64,000 nt of DNA from positions 32,001 to 96,000 of the IMG/VR virus record IMGVR_UViG_3300028909_000018; one strand, given 5' to 3'. Below are positions 37,345-47,263 of this stretch, one piece after another. A model generated the notes under the pieces. The model was not told where the DNA came from. It saw only the letters and a list, made by a program, of their open reading frames with translations, and did not search any database. Every line of letters begins with the position of its first letter. Position 1 is the first letter of the stretch. A program made the position numbers and the translations under genes. This DNA comes from a virus.

Positions 37345-38294
37345 AACGTTTGCTCGATAATCTTACGGTACTGAATCCATGGAAAGGCCAGATTACTTCT
37401 GATATAATCATCGTCTCCACCATATCCCGTAGGGTCTTCTGTCCATGTCGCCATCTTGGCCTGATGCTCGAAAGGACTTGCATGAATTGGATTGGCGTCA
37501 CGAAGCAATTCAAACCGTTGAAATTCCTTTTCCAGACTGGCGTTACCGTCGAAAGGAGCGTAAGAAACTCTGGCGCATCTGGCGACGGAAAGCTTCAGAA
37601 GTGGAATATATAATTCTTCTCCATTATGTTGATTATCATTTTCCAAAATAGAAGTATAATCATCTACAGAAATATAAGGAAGATGCCACTCCGTTGGATA
37701 AAGAACTTGGTATACGCCTTTAGTTTTTTCTTGGATGACCCGAGCGATTTCCTTGTCCATGACCTTGGCCAACTCGCGGATTTCCGGCATGGCGTCTTTA
37801 TGAATACGGAGGGCGAAGTAGTTATCCCAATCGGTGGCGGTGATCAGCGTATCAATGTAGCCGAACCACTCCAGAGGACGATTGGCCCACTGTTTATGAA
37901 CACCCTTGTATGACAACCACTTGGAGAAACGTTGTGTCTCCTTGGCGAAACGATTCCATTCCTTTTGAATTTCGTCCTGCTCTTCGATAGAAAACTTTTC
38001 AAAAGATTGCATTCCCGGCTGATTTTTCATGAAGTAGGGTGTATAAATTTCTTCTGCCAGTAAATTCTTTACAGGCACGGCCCGACTAGAACGAGCGTTG
38101 CGTGAAAATGCCCTATGCGTTATTACTTCAGAATGAATGATGCGTGGATAGCGGATTTGGATTGTGATAAGCGGTTTACCACATGAAGGCCAAGAAGTAA
38201 GTGTTTTACCACCTAAAGAATCGAAAGTAAGTGTTTTACCACATGAAGGCTCGGAAATAAGAATTACCTTAGCCTGAAAATCAGTCTCTTTCAA
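37341..38294 (-). CDS. thyX: ThyX/Thy1-like thymidylate synthase
   Basis: YPRIIHSE.ITHR.FSRNA.SSRA.P, HKQ.ANR.LE, SVARCARVSY and HASPFEH motifs. Confidence 0.85.
   Translation of the reverse strand: MKETDFQAKVILISEPSCGKTLTFDSLGGKTLTSWPSCGKPLITIQIRYPRIIHSEVITHRAFSRNARSSRAVPVKNLLAEEIYTPYFMKNQPGMQSFEKFSIEEQDEIQKEWNRFAKETQRFSKWLSYKGVHKQWANRPLEWFGYIDTLITATDWDNYFALRIHKDAMPEIRELAKVMDKEIARVIQEKTKGVYQVLYPTEWHLPYISVDDYTSILENDNQHNGEELYIPLLKLSVARCARVSYAPFDGNASLEKEFQRFELLRDANPIHASPFEHQAKMATWTEDPTGYGGDDDYIRSNLAFPWIQYRKIIEQTL
38172..38250 (-). repeat. 30-bp-period tandem repeat in the thyX 5' end
   Basis: tttaccacatgaaggc x2 (60 bp apart) and aagtaagtgttttaccac x2 (30 bp apart). Confidence 0.85.
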
Positions 38295-38335
38295 AAATAG
38301 CTCCTTGGTGTGTTGGTTATTTATCGATTTTGGGT

Positions 38336-39346
38336 TTATGAGAAGTTTCGCGAGATAATCTCTGCTTGGGCTCTAAGTCCTTGGAAAGTATGAGAAGAAA
38401 TGACTTCTTCGACATATTTTACGGACAGACCCCCTAAAATCATCGCATTGATATCTTTTTTTTGTATGGACCGTGGCCAGATGACCACTTTATATCCCGC
38501 CTTGATGGCCTTCTCGATTTTCTTCTTGGTTTCGGGATGCCGAGGCTCATTATCATAACAAAAAACAAGGTTCTCTTTGTCGAAATTCTTCATGGATGAT
38601 ACCATGTCATTACCCAGCGTGGCAAGAGAATTTTCTAAAAATAGAGCATCTAATGGACCTTCTAAAACGATAGTGGTCTTGGTCTTATCCCATCGTTCTA
38701 GGCCGAAGACATGCGGCACATTCTCGTCAAGAATAATATTGATATACCGTTGACTGTTTTTTGGATCGAGGGATCGACCAGCAAAGCCGAAGAAGTCGCC
38801 ACTCTCCGACAGGAAGGGGATCACCAGCCGCTCTTCGTCATGCTTCAATGCTCCCTCACTGAATTTATTAGGAATCAAATCATTTGTATATTTTCGAAAG
38901 TTGGGACACTTGAACAGCAACCCCAGACGATTCTCTGGAATCTTTCTCCCAAGCACATACTGTTTCATGGCGTCGTCGTCAGGAAGGTCTTTAATCGAGC
39001 AGAGAGAAGGCGTGACCAGCTTCGACTTGAATTCTGGTGCCTTGGTCTTATAATCCAAGACCTGTTCCTTCTTGGGTCTAAAAAGCTTCTCGCGGATATA
39101 TTCCCTGAAGAGACTGGCGTCTTGATCGTTGAGAAAATCATCGAAGCTGCGGGACTTGCCACACTTATGACACTTAAAAAATGTTGTTCCGTCATGTTCG
39201 AACACGTCACCACGAGCCCTACGCGGATTGCGCTTGGAGTCTCCACAATATGGACATGAGAAATTATAGAGATTGTCGGATTTCTTTTTGAAATTTCTAA
39301 GCTGGGCCGACACGAAGCTAAGATATTTAATTACTAAATAATTCAT
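38336..39346 (-). CDS. gp61: DNA primase
   Basis: CPYCGDS...CHKC zinc finger, EGPLD, DNEPR and KDIN motifs. Confidence 0.96.
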   Translation of the reverse strand: MNYLVIKYLSFVSAQLRNFKKKSDNLYNFSCPYCGDSKRNPRRARGDVFEHDGTTFFKCHKCGKSRSFDDFLNDQDASLFREYIREKLFRPKKEQVLDYKTKAPEFKSKLVTPSLCSIKDLPDDDAMKQYVLGRKIPENRLGLLFKCPNFRKYTNDLIPNKFSEGALKHDEERLVIPFLSESGDFFGFAGRSLDPKNSQRYINIILDENVPHVFGLERWDKTKTTIVLEGPLDALFLENSLATLGNDMVSSMKNFDKENLVFCYDNEPRHPETKKKIEKAIKAGYKVVIWPRSIQKKDINAMILGGLSVKYVEEVISSHTFQGLRAQAEIISRNFS

Positions 39347-39398
39347 CTACCCTCCAATGGAAGGTGGAAGATATTCCCGTTTTAGAAGTTTGTCAAGA

Positions 39399-39803
39399 TC
39401 ATTCCATGATCTGGTCGGAATGAATTTTTTGAAGGGATATGTGCGGCACCTTGTTCAAGACGAGGACATTTATGAAGTTTAGATATACACTATATTTTAC
39501 CAATGAGGCCGACAACACCCACATGGCCAAAACAACATGGCTGGAATTATGAATATAATTAAAATAACCATCAATACATGTGACGACACCTAACATCATC
39601 TGACAGTAGAGACCCAACTGACCTACCTTCACCGTCCATTTTCCTATAATATTACTTTCCGAAGAAGAAAATATATCCCACTTGGCACGTTGAATAATGC
39701 AGGCAAAGGTGATTCCAATGCCTGCTGTCATCTCGATGATATTCCAAAAATCTATAGGTAAAATATAGATGAAGAATAAATTAAAGTTGTCTATGAAGTT
39801 CAT
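39399..39803 (-). CDS. Membrane protein
   Basis: Three TM segments; overlaps the upstream membrane gene. Confidence 0.65.
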   Translation of the reverse strand: MNFIDNFNLFFIYILPIDFWNIIEMTAGIGITFACIIQRAKWDIFSSSESNIIGKWTVKVGQLGLYCQMMLGVVTCIDGYFNYIHNSSHVVLAMWVLSASLVKYSVYLNFINVLVLNKVPHISLQKIHSDQIME

Positions 39804-40210
39804 CCTCTAGTCCCACCCTTTTCCTTTTCCTTTTTCCATGGAATGATACGATCAATAATTGTGGCCACAATTTCTGAAAATGTATTTGTTCTAAGATTTC
39901 TAATCATATATTGTGTGATATTCACACCGAACATAGATAAAAAGAATGAGGCGGCAATCTGCGGCATCAGCGGTTCCCATGTGTGAATAATCTGAGAGCC
40001 AAATATACCGAAGAATAATCCGATCATCACATTAATAAAGATATTAAATATAGATTGATCCTGCCCAAGGGAAACAGTCAGAAGTGATCCGCCGAGAGAG
40101 ACAACCCAGATACCAACAGACGGTTCGATACCGGACCCGAGCATAACTAAGGCCCCCCCCACTATCGAAACAAAATATTTTATACCAAAAAGGTGACTCC
40201 AATCTATCAT
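39800..40210 (-). CDS. Holin-like membrane protein
   Basis: 3-4 TM segments, charged C-terminus, late operon. Confidence 0.5.
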   Translation of the reverse strand: MIDWSHLFGIKYFVSIVGGALVMLGSGIEPSVGIWVVSLGGSLLTVSLGQDQSIFNIFINVMIGLFFGIFGSQIIHTWEPLMPQIAASFFLSMFGVNITQYMIRNLRTNTFSEIVATIIDRIIPWKKEKEKGGTRG

Positions 40211-40211
40211 C

Positions 40212-40607
40212 TCATTCTCCTTCTTGGCTTACGTCTTTTTTCTTTTTCTTTTTCTGTCCCAAAAGTGGATCGAAAGTCTGAATTGGCCCCTGTGTCGATG
40301 ACGAGTTTCCCATGGCGTTAGTAGGTGCCTCACCGTCTTCATTCATCTTCAGACGATGCTTGTAACGCTGGAGCAGGGAAGGCTTCTTACGCTTACCCAT
40401 CAACTCGACACCCTCACCAAAAATTTTCTTTAGTTCTGATTGATCCTTCTTCTCAATCTTGTCATGGGCAAGAGAGATGAATTTACGATGTTTTTGAATA
40501 AGAGCCTGATTTGCCTTACCAGAAATGTAAGACTTCATTTGCTTTTCCAGCGTCTTGGTGATGAATTTATCCAGAGTCTTATTATCTAGTTCGTTGATTT
40601 GAGACAT
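40212..40607 (-). CDS. Probable internal head protein
   Basis: N-terminal INELD..TL and FDPLLG motifs. Confidence 0.55.
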   Translation of the reverse strand: MSQINELDNKTLDKFITKTLEKQMKSYISGKANQALIQKHRKFISLAHDKIEKKDQSELKKIFGEGVELMGKRKKPSLLQRYKHRLKMNEDGEAPTNAMGNSSSTQGPIQTFDPLLGQKKKKKKDVSQEGE

Positions 40608-40632
40608 GACTTTTCCTTAGAATGAATGTCTC

Positions 40633-41031
40633 CTATTTATCCCTTGAAAATTCTCTAAGTTTGGTGATGATTACTTCATCCATCTGGATATCCGTCGTGT
40701 CAAATATTTTTCCATCAACCGAATCGACTATAACAGGGAGTATATTTAAATATACTAGGAAGGGTTTAATATATTTCATCTGATCAATCATTTTCAAAAA
40801 TAACATTCTATTTAAAAATTTCGGCCCGAATACATTATTTAAAATAATGATGTGATTTAGGACTAGCCTTTCGTCTATATTCTTACTGGACTCATACCTT
40901 GTAAAAATCTTCTTAAGGTATTTGATACGCTTAAGGTCGTCTAGAAATTCCTCCGTCCCGCTACATTGTGCGTTTCGGTAGTGTGTGGCACAGAGAAGTA
41001 AATAGTTGTCGTGAGTTAAATTGTCCTTCAT
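40633..41031 (-). CDS. Conserved T4-like hypothetical protein
   Basis: Y.N.QC...EEF.DDLKRIKY...ERLVLNHII.L.NVFG. Confidence 0.85.
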   Translation of the reverse strand: MKDNLTHDNYLLLCATHYRNAQCSGTEEFLDDLKRIKYLKKIFTRYESSKNIDERLVLNHIIILNNVFGPKFLNRMLFLKMIDQMKYIKPFLVYLNILPVIVDSVDGKIFDTTDIQMDEVIITKLREFSRDK

Positions 41032-41048
41032 AACAACTATTTATAGTA

Positions 41049-41444
41049 TTATTTAGAAGTGTCGCAGTCTACACCACAATCTTTAGACTTGGCATTAGCA
41101 CGACCACTAATAAGTTTGTTAAGTTTGTCATAGAAGTCACGATCCTGATGATAATCTTCTGGCACCTGACCATTATAACCACTAATCTGACCTAGATTAT
41201 TAAAATGCTTGGAAGCAAATGAGTGGGCGATGATGGCAAGATCATGTTTTGTGAGGTCTTTATCCTTTGTAGTACCAGCAGAAATGGCCTGATGACGACC
41301 AACCATTTTCTGATGATGCACTTGATTGGCGAAGATTTCTTCTCTCGCTTCACGATCCTTGGCGTGATATGCCTCGTTGATGGTATCGAAACCAAGTAAT
41401 TCCGCCGCTGCCTTGTTGATGTTATTAAGTTGTGAAAGTCTCAT
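41049..41444 (-). CDS. Probable internal head protein
   Basis: INE motif, His-rich, late operon. Confidence 0.5.
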   Translation of the reverse strand: MRLSQLNNINKAAAELLGFDTINEAYHAKDREAREEIFANQVHHQKMVGRHQAISAGTTKDKDLTKHDLAIIAHSFASKHFNNLGQISGYNGQVPEDYHQDRDFYDKLNKLISGRANAKSKDCGVDCDTSK

Positions 41445-41455
41445 TTAAAATCTCC

Positions 41456-41749
41456 TTAGAATGATGTTAGACCAACACGCTTAATGGTGTTGTTCGATGT
41501 GGCGACGTAAATATAGGTTCCATCAGACCAAATCGATCCACCGATCACATTTGCTGTTGAATTTGCAGGCGTATTATTTTGTTTCAAAACCAGATTGTTG
41601 GCCCATAGAGTAGAATTAGAAAACAGATTAGAGACCTGAATCAGAACATCTCCACCCGAGACATTGCTGACGGCAACAACCTGATCGGTTCCATCGGCGT
41701 TATTCTTAGTTTGAATCGCGCTTAGTTTGATTGAGTTATTACCGGCCAT
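41456..41749 (-). CDS. Virion structural protein
   Basis: TP.NST...G.IW.D..YIYVA...N..KRV.L..F motif. Confidence 0.7.
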   Translation of the reverse strand: MAGNNSIKLSAIQTKNNADGTDQVVAVSNVSGGDVLIQVSNLFSNSTLWANNLVLKQNNTPANSTANVIGGSIWSDGTYIYVATSNNTIKRVGLTSF

Positions 41750-41758
41750 GTTTTACTC

Positions 41759-42352
41759 TTATACGTTAGGGAATAAATTTGTATTGGAAGCACTCTGCAT
41801 CGACTTCATGGAAACCAATGTTTCTCTATTGATTCTGCCTGCACGACCACCAAGAGTAAGGGTAACAGTTGCGCCTGATCCACCAGTTGCGCCGCCTGTT
41901 GAGTTAGCCCATGTCTGTGTCACGTAGGCAGTATTTGGAAATCCAAATCCAGCAGAGTTTGTGGTGAAGGAAAGAATACCACCAGTTGCATTTGTGACAG
42001 GATGGAACGTCGCATTCGCGCAACCATTGCCAGAAATTGTCAGAACGTCGGTGTTATTATAAGAAAGACCACCGGGAGACGCGGCAAGAGACATTACTGG
42101 TCCTGTTCCTTGTCTGACAAGAACCCATCCCGGCTGAGAAAGATTAGTCGCATGGTTGGCCTGTGCAGCCTGAATCATCGTCTTTGTCACACCATAGAGA
42201 CCGACGATCATTCCGTTTGTTGTCGCGGAAGGCGTGGTGTTATGATATAGTGTTGAGCCGTTGGCATGTTGACCAGCGTTTTGGCTGTTAATGAATAACT
42301 GCTTTTCTTTTGGCGCTGAAGCCGATACGTCTGAATTTCCCCAAAGTGGCAT
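41759..42352 (-). CDS. Virion structural protein
   Basis: MPLWG..D, GWV....GTG and GGRAGR...ETLV.M motifs. Confidence 0.75.
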   Translation of the reverse strand: MPLWGNSDVSASAPKEKQLFINSQNAGQHANGSTLYHNTTPSATTNGMIVGLYGVTKTMIQAAQANHATNLSQPGWVLVRQGTGPVMSLAASPGGLSYNNTDVLTISGNGCANATFHPVTNATGGILSFTTNSAGFGFPNTAYVTQTWANSTGGATGGSGATVTLTLGGRAGRINRETLVSMKSMQSASNTNLFPNV

Positions 42353-42391
42353 TTTGTTTTCCTTTTCTTATTATTTTTATTATTTATTGTA

Positions 42392-43951
42392 TTAGAATTG
42401 GTGTGTCCAAGTGTCGGAAGGCCCCTCTGCCTTTAGTAGCTTCGCGGCATGAAGTTTCCACTTTGTATTATGATGATATGGTTGTGGTTCCTCACCGGCA
42501 AACTCAGATTCGGGCTTCTGTTCCTTAAATCCATGACCGGGAACCTTGGGCAACTTCTGGCCAGCAAAACGAGTCTTGGCAAACTCATTCCAGCTTTTTT
42601 CTTGATGTATAGATTTCTTGGCTGCACCACCGCCGCGCTTCTTCTTTTCACCGGGAATAGGACCAGCCTGCTCGGCTTCCTGATTCTTACGCTGACGCCA
42701 TGCCCATGTCGTCGCCTGAAGCTGTTCTGGCTCTATATTGACGCCATGCTTGACACGAAGATGTTCAGCCGCCTTCAGATAATGATGTTCAATATTTTCA
42801 TAGACACCCTTGTTCTTCAAGCCTGCCATACCGAAAGCATTGTCAGTAATACGGGCTCCTGATGCGACAGAGTGAGCGTGACGATCAATAACAACTCTTG
42901 GGCGTGAAGGATCGGTCTGACGACCATGTTCTAAGAGATGAGCGAAGGATTTGACTTTCTTACCTTTCAGCGCGGTATCATAATGTTCACCAGCAAACAT
43001 CTTATCATCGACGGCCTTCTGCTTTTCAGATGCCATCATGCCCTGACCCTTACCACCGATCCCCTGACCCTTATCAAGAACTTGCACGGCGTCATGATAG
43101 TTTTGATAAATTCCGTTCTGTGGGGAATGGTTGGCGATAACACCGGCCACGGTGCTCATGGAATGGCCCGATCCCTTTGAAAGGAACTTGGTTAGTTTAT
43201 GTGCGTCGGAATACCAGTTCTTACCGAAAGCCTTCTCTTCAGGATTTGAATCATTATAGGCGTTGACAATATTCATATGATCGACAGGATGATTCTTATG
43301 CCAGTCCCTACCTTCCTGCATTTTAGCAGCCGTATTGGGCTTCTTCTTCTTCTTGGCTACGGAATCAGCCGCCTTTACACCAAGAGTTACCTTTGGCTTC
43401 TTTCCAGCAGCAACCTTCTTGACCTCATTAATCTCTTCAATCTCTTCCATGATTTCGTCATATTCTTCTTTATATTCCAGAAGATGATCGTAGTTTTCCT
43501 CAATCTGCTCGACCGATTCGGTTCTCTTGTTAATGACCTGAAAGGCGAGGTTCTTTAAAAAGAATCCCATCTTGGGGTTAGCCAAGGCTCCATAAGGGTC
43601 ATTGACGGCAGACGATGTATCCGCCACCAATCCCTCGGAAATCTTATTGACGGCCTTGTTGACCTGTTTAGAACGATCCTGCGCCTTGTTAATGAGGGCT
43701 ACCGTCAGCGCCTTCGCCTCGTTGCCCTTCTTGGTGGAGTTGACACCGGCCACGAATGATTTGTTACCGATATCATTCTTCGCCTTCTTAATGTACTTGG
43801 AAAGAATGGTCTTTGAAAGTTCGTTCAGCGGAGGATTGATTAAAATCTTGGTGCGGCGCTTCGGCATCTTTTTCTGTTGAGGATTCGGCGCTGACGCGGC
43901 GTCTTCCTCCTTCAGACCGAGAACCTTTTTATAGACAGCATTTAAATCCAA
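42392..43951 (-). CDS. Late protein: head-targeting-type N-terminus plus DUF7178-like (HhH-like) domain
   Basis: Several I/L-x-E sites; WY..AH, VAGVIA..SPQ, G.KV.SF and VIDRHA motifs. Confidence 0.7.
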   Translation of the reverse strand: MDLNAVYKKVLGLKEEDAASAPNPQQKKMPKRRTKILINPPLNELSKTILSKYIKKAKNDIGNKSFVAGVNSTKKGNEAKALTVALINKAQDRSKQVNKAVNKISEGLVADTSSAVNDPYGALANPKMGFFLKNLAFQVINKRTESVEQIEENYDHLLEYKEEYDEIMEEIEEINEVKKVAAGKKPKVTLGVKAADSVAKKKKKPNTAAKMQEGRDWHKNHPVDHMNIVNAYNDSNPEEKAFGKNWYSDAHKLTKFLSKGSGHSMSTVAGVIANHSPQNGIYQNYHDAVQVLDKGQGIGGKGQGMMASEKQKAVDDKMFAGEHYDTALKGKKVKSFAHLLEHGRQTDPSRPRVVIDRHAHSVASGARITDNAFGMAGLKNKGVYENIEHHYLKAAEHLRVKHGVNIEPEQLQATTWAWRQRKNQEAEQAGPIPGEKKKRGGGAAKKSIHQEKSWNEFAKTRFAGQKLPKVPGHGFKEQKPESEFAGEEPQPYHHNTKWKLHAAKLLKAEGPSDTWTHQF

Positions 43952-44001
43952 AGTACAATCTCCTAATTTTAATTATTTATTATAAGGAGATGTCAAAAAA
44001 A

Positions 44002-44027
44002 AATGGCCCGAGTTTCCTCGGGCCATT
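44002..44027 (-). terminator. Rho-independent terminator
   Basis: aatggcccgag/ctcgggccatt stem followed by a long T run on the minus strand. Confidence 0.85.
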
Positions 44028-44053
44028 GTCTGAAATATTTAGGTAATAAAATA

Positions 44054-44308
44054 CTACTCTTGAAGCAGGGTCTTTCCAAAGCCTACATTCGTGATTTCAT
44101 TCAGGAGTGAATCATACCCACCAATCAGACGATTCTCATCGACAATGATCGGAACGGTATACATCGACGGAAATGCCTCATGTACCCATGAACGGCTAAC
44201 ATCCTTACCAATCACAAATTCTGTGAAGGGGATTTCATGGATGTTTAGAAGTTTCTTGGCCTTGTCACAAAATGGACAAGGTTCTATTCGTGTATAGACT
44301 TTGATCAT
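44054..44308 (-). CDS. Glutaredoxin
   Basis: CPFC, TVP.I and IGGY motifs. Confidence 0.93.
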   Translation of the reverse strand: MIKVYTRIEPCPFCDKAKKLLNIHEIPFTEFVIGKDVSRSWVHEAFPSMYTVPIIVDENRLIGGYDSLLNEITNVGFGKTLLQE

Positions 44309-44310
44309 GT

Positions 44311-45423
44311 TCAGTCCTTTTCGTTGAGAAGATATCGGTCTGATATCATCTTGAAGCTAAACTCACCATCGTTTGACTTGAAGACAAGACCCTCGGCGGG
44401 ATAAGACTTACCATCTTCATTCTGGAAGACGGATTTGTCGGCAAGTTCATGAATAAAGTCAGCATTCAAAAGGTCGTTAAAGAAGATGCTAGCATAACAA
44501 ATTGGAGCCAACGTTAATTCAACAGCATAACCTTTCAGCATTCCAATCAGGACGATACGTTCAAACGGAGAAAGATATCGTTTCGTGTCAATGTCATAAA
44601 TGTCGAACAGATAGAAATCATGCTCCTTGATACCGTATGGATTACCCTGAATTCCGGGACCAACCAGTTCACCCTGAAGCGCGACGTTCATATTAAGGGC
44701 AAGAAGCGCCTCCTTGAGACCCAGCTTACGAGTTACCTTCCAGAAGAGATTTTCTGATCCTCCTTCCTTATGAAAATTCTTTTCGGCGTCATCAGCCAAG
44801 TTCATGTTGCGGGAGCAAACCCCAAAGTCATCATCATTCTTATAGACCGTCATAGACGACCCATCCATCTTGATGGTGACTTCGAATGGCATTGTTTTGT
44901 ATTTCTCCAACTCCCATTCACGAATGTTCTGATACCGTTCCTGATCCGTCTTCGGAATGAACGAGGGGAAGTTGCCCCGCGCGATGCCCTGAAGGCTGGT
45001 AGGAATGGGCTTCTCATACTTTTGAATATGGAGAAGTTCGGTCAGGTCTTCTCCCTCTTCAAGAAAATCGGTCAACAACTGACCATCCTCATTCGTGGCG
45101 TTGATGATTTCAGGGAATTCATCCAAAGGCAGGATGAGACCCTGTGAAATCTGACCCCTCAACTTGATGCTGCGGAGACGGAAGCCATCACCCAAATTCT
45201 TGGTTGACTTGAAGCCGCTCTTTCGAAGAAATTCATAACGTTCCTCGACCGGGAGAAATGAATCAATTTCAAAATAACAAACCAATTCTCCGACAGAATA
45301 ACCCTTCCGAGAGACAACCCACCACCCATCAATCCGATAGGCGACGATTCTATCGGCACCGGGAATATCTCTAATCTCGGCAATGCGACGAACTGTCGCC
45401 AACTTTCGTGTAATCTCAGTCAT
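44311..45423 (-). CDS. RNA ligase, DRB0094 family
   Basis: RKLAT...I.GAD.I, LRGQISQGL, KTDQER, KMDGSS, QGEL.G and EGLVFK motifs. Confidence 0.93.
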   Translation of the reverse strand: MTEITRKLATVRRIAEIRDIPGADRIVAYRIDGWWVVSRKGYSVGELVCYFEIDSFLPVEERYEFLRKSGFKSTKNLGDGFRLRSIKLRGQISQGLILPLDEFPEIINATNEDGQLLTDFLEEGEDLTELLHIQKYEKPIPTSLQGIARGNFPSFIPKTDQERYQNIREWELEKYKTMPFEVTIKMDGSSMTVYKNDDDFGVCSRNMNLADDAEKNFHKEGGSENLFWKVTRKLGLKEALLALNMNVALQGELVGPGIQGNPYGIKEHDFYLFDIYDIDTKRYLSPFERIVLIGMLKGYAVELTLAPICYASIFFNDLLNADFIHELADKSVFQNEDGKSYPAEGLVFKSNDGEFSFKMISDRYLLNEKD

Positions 45424-45661
45424 TTTTAGTTTCCTCTACTTGTTCACGTAATTCTAATTCCTTCCTGATCCACTTCATGAGAACAATTCCCTTCTCATAG
45501 GAAAGAAGTGTTCCATTTCCAACTTCTTCAAGAGGAATACGAATCTTAAAAAATGCCTCATTATCCGAGGCGTATGTAAATTCCCCATTTGAAAAACGAA
45601 GGAAATTGTAGTTCAATTTTACGAGTTGTGCAAGGGTCATAGAATACTCACCAGCTTCCAA
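45416..45661 (-). CDS. Hypothetical protein
   Basis: F..P...GT....KGI.LMKWIRK motif. Confidence 0.7.
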   Translation of the reverse strand: MEAGEYSMTLAQLVKLNYNFLRFSNGEFTYASDNEAFFKIRIPLEEVGNGTLLSYEKGIVLMKWIRKELELREQVEETKND

Positions 45662-46261
45662 ACACCAGTGGAATCATGTGTACCGATTCCCAATAGGAGA
45701 TGTCCCTCACGGTCCTGATAGAAGCTGTCATACCACTGATTAAGCTTATGACGAGCCGTTGTCAACAGCCTATGAAGCTTCAAAGGCTCATAAGCCATGT
45801 TATCAGGATAGAAAGTATTCAGAAGGTTCACCGAGCCGTCGTCATACTTGACAAAAATAAAATATCCTTCACCAATTTTCAACAATTTTTTATTCCTTAT
45901 CAAAAAACCAGAAAATCCCAAACGGTCCACAGGTGGCACCACAAAATATACCCAGCACAACCATAGTCCGATCATGAAGCATAGCTTTAGTAGAACTAAA
46001 GTAAAAGCTGGCAATACCGCTGGTTACCCAGAGAAATGCAAGAATCCAGAACATTATATTACCTCATGGACAGTAGAAAAGAAAACAAAGCGAAACAAAA
46101 ACAAAACCAGAATATCATATTACTCCTATGAGTAGTAAAACAACAATAATAATGATAAATGTCATTAGAACCTCATAATCGAAGTGATATAAAAGCGTGT
46201 TCCTTGGAAGTATCCGAAGGTCATGGCGTTGAGAAATGCGTCGTAACGGCCTACTAGATTA

Positions 46262-46699
46262 TCATTCGTCATCATACAAACTCCCCTCGTCTTCGTTAAA
46301 ATAAATGTCATCTTCGTCATCACCCTGCGTATCTATAAAGATATCTCCAAAGTGGAGGAAGCCGTTGTTGTTGAAACATTCGAAGTTCCGATCAAACTCA
46401 ATCATGGTATGACCAGAAGGAACGTCGGTACCTTCCCGAAAAGGAATTATGCCTATCAAACCGGAGTCAACAGGATAGGAATTACCCATGTCGTCTTCAA
46501 ATTTACCATCGCCATGGGTAGTATGAAAGACCACAACTATTGTATTAACATCCAGAAGAAATCCCATCCCCTCGTCGTCAACAAAATCATTTGATTCGAT
46601 AAAGCGTAGCCAGTCGTCTTGATCCTTGTCTGAAAAGAAATATGCAGGGTCTCCTATAGTATATTTACCAGCAGGCAAATTATAAATCTGCAACGTCAT
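46262..46699 (-). CDS. Acidic hypothetical protein
   Basis: IGDP.Y, T.HGDG and VDSGLIG motifs. Confidence 0.75.
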   Translation of the reverse strand: MTLQIYNLPAGKYTIGDPAYFFSDKDQDDWLRFIESNDFVDDEGMGFLLDVNTIVVVFHTTHGDGKFEDDMGNSYPVDSGLIGIIPFREGTDVPSGHTMIEFDRNFECFNNNGFLHFGDIFIDTQGDDEDDIYFNEDEGSLYDDE

Positions 46700-46728
46700 A
46701 ACTCCTTTGAGATGTAAGATGAAAAAAT

Positions 46729-46819
46729 TGGTCGGCCCTCTAGGTTACGCTCCTAGTCAAGAACACCCATCTGATGCTAAAGGGTTTATAAATCCCTCCC
46801 GCGTCTAACGCCAGAGCCG
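46729..46819 (-). tRNA. Non-canonical tRNA-like RNA, anticodon TAT (Ile?)
   Basis: 7-bp acceptor plus ACCA, mini D arm, TTTATAA loop, long extra arm and T-arm CTAGG-AGCGTAA-CCTAG. Confidence 0.7.
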
Positions 46820-46832
46820 GAACCTTTATTTA

Positions 46833-47174
46833 TTATAGATTTTCTTCGATGTAATCCGCAATCCTATTGAAAGACCAGTTATGAAGATCATTCGCCTTCA
46901 TGAGATACTCCTGATCATCCCAATCTAGGCCGACCTTTTTAAGATGCTCATCATCCAACTCGAAAGTATATCGATTTTTAGTTGGAATATAATGCGCCTC
47001 ATCACGAGAATCACTGAAGAAATCCTTGTGAATACATTCACCCAAAACACCTAGGCAACAGTACCGTGGTCCTGCACCCTTATCCCTGCTTCTCTTCTTC
47101 AGGGCTTCACGCCCCTGCTTGTAATCACCGGAACGAAGAGCCTCCAACCACTTAGTCTTATATTCCTCAATCAT
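46833..47174 (-). CDS. Conserved phage hypothetical protein
   Basis: W.EALRSG.YKQG..L...CCLGVL...ND...SF..IAD.IE. Confidence 0.8.
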   Translation of the reverse strand: MIEEYKTKWLEALRSGDYKQGREALKKRSRDKGAGPRYCCLGVLGECIHKDFFSDSRDEAHYIPTKNRYTFELDDEHLKKVGLDWDDQEYLMKANDLHNWSFNRIADYIEENL

Positions 47175-47263
47175 TATGATCTTTATCCTTTGAATGAGAG
47201 ACGATCCCCGTCTCCATGTCCCGGTTATAAGAGGTTAGAACTTCTAAGTCAATAGGAAAATTT

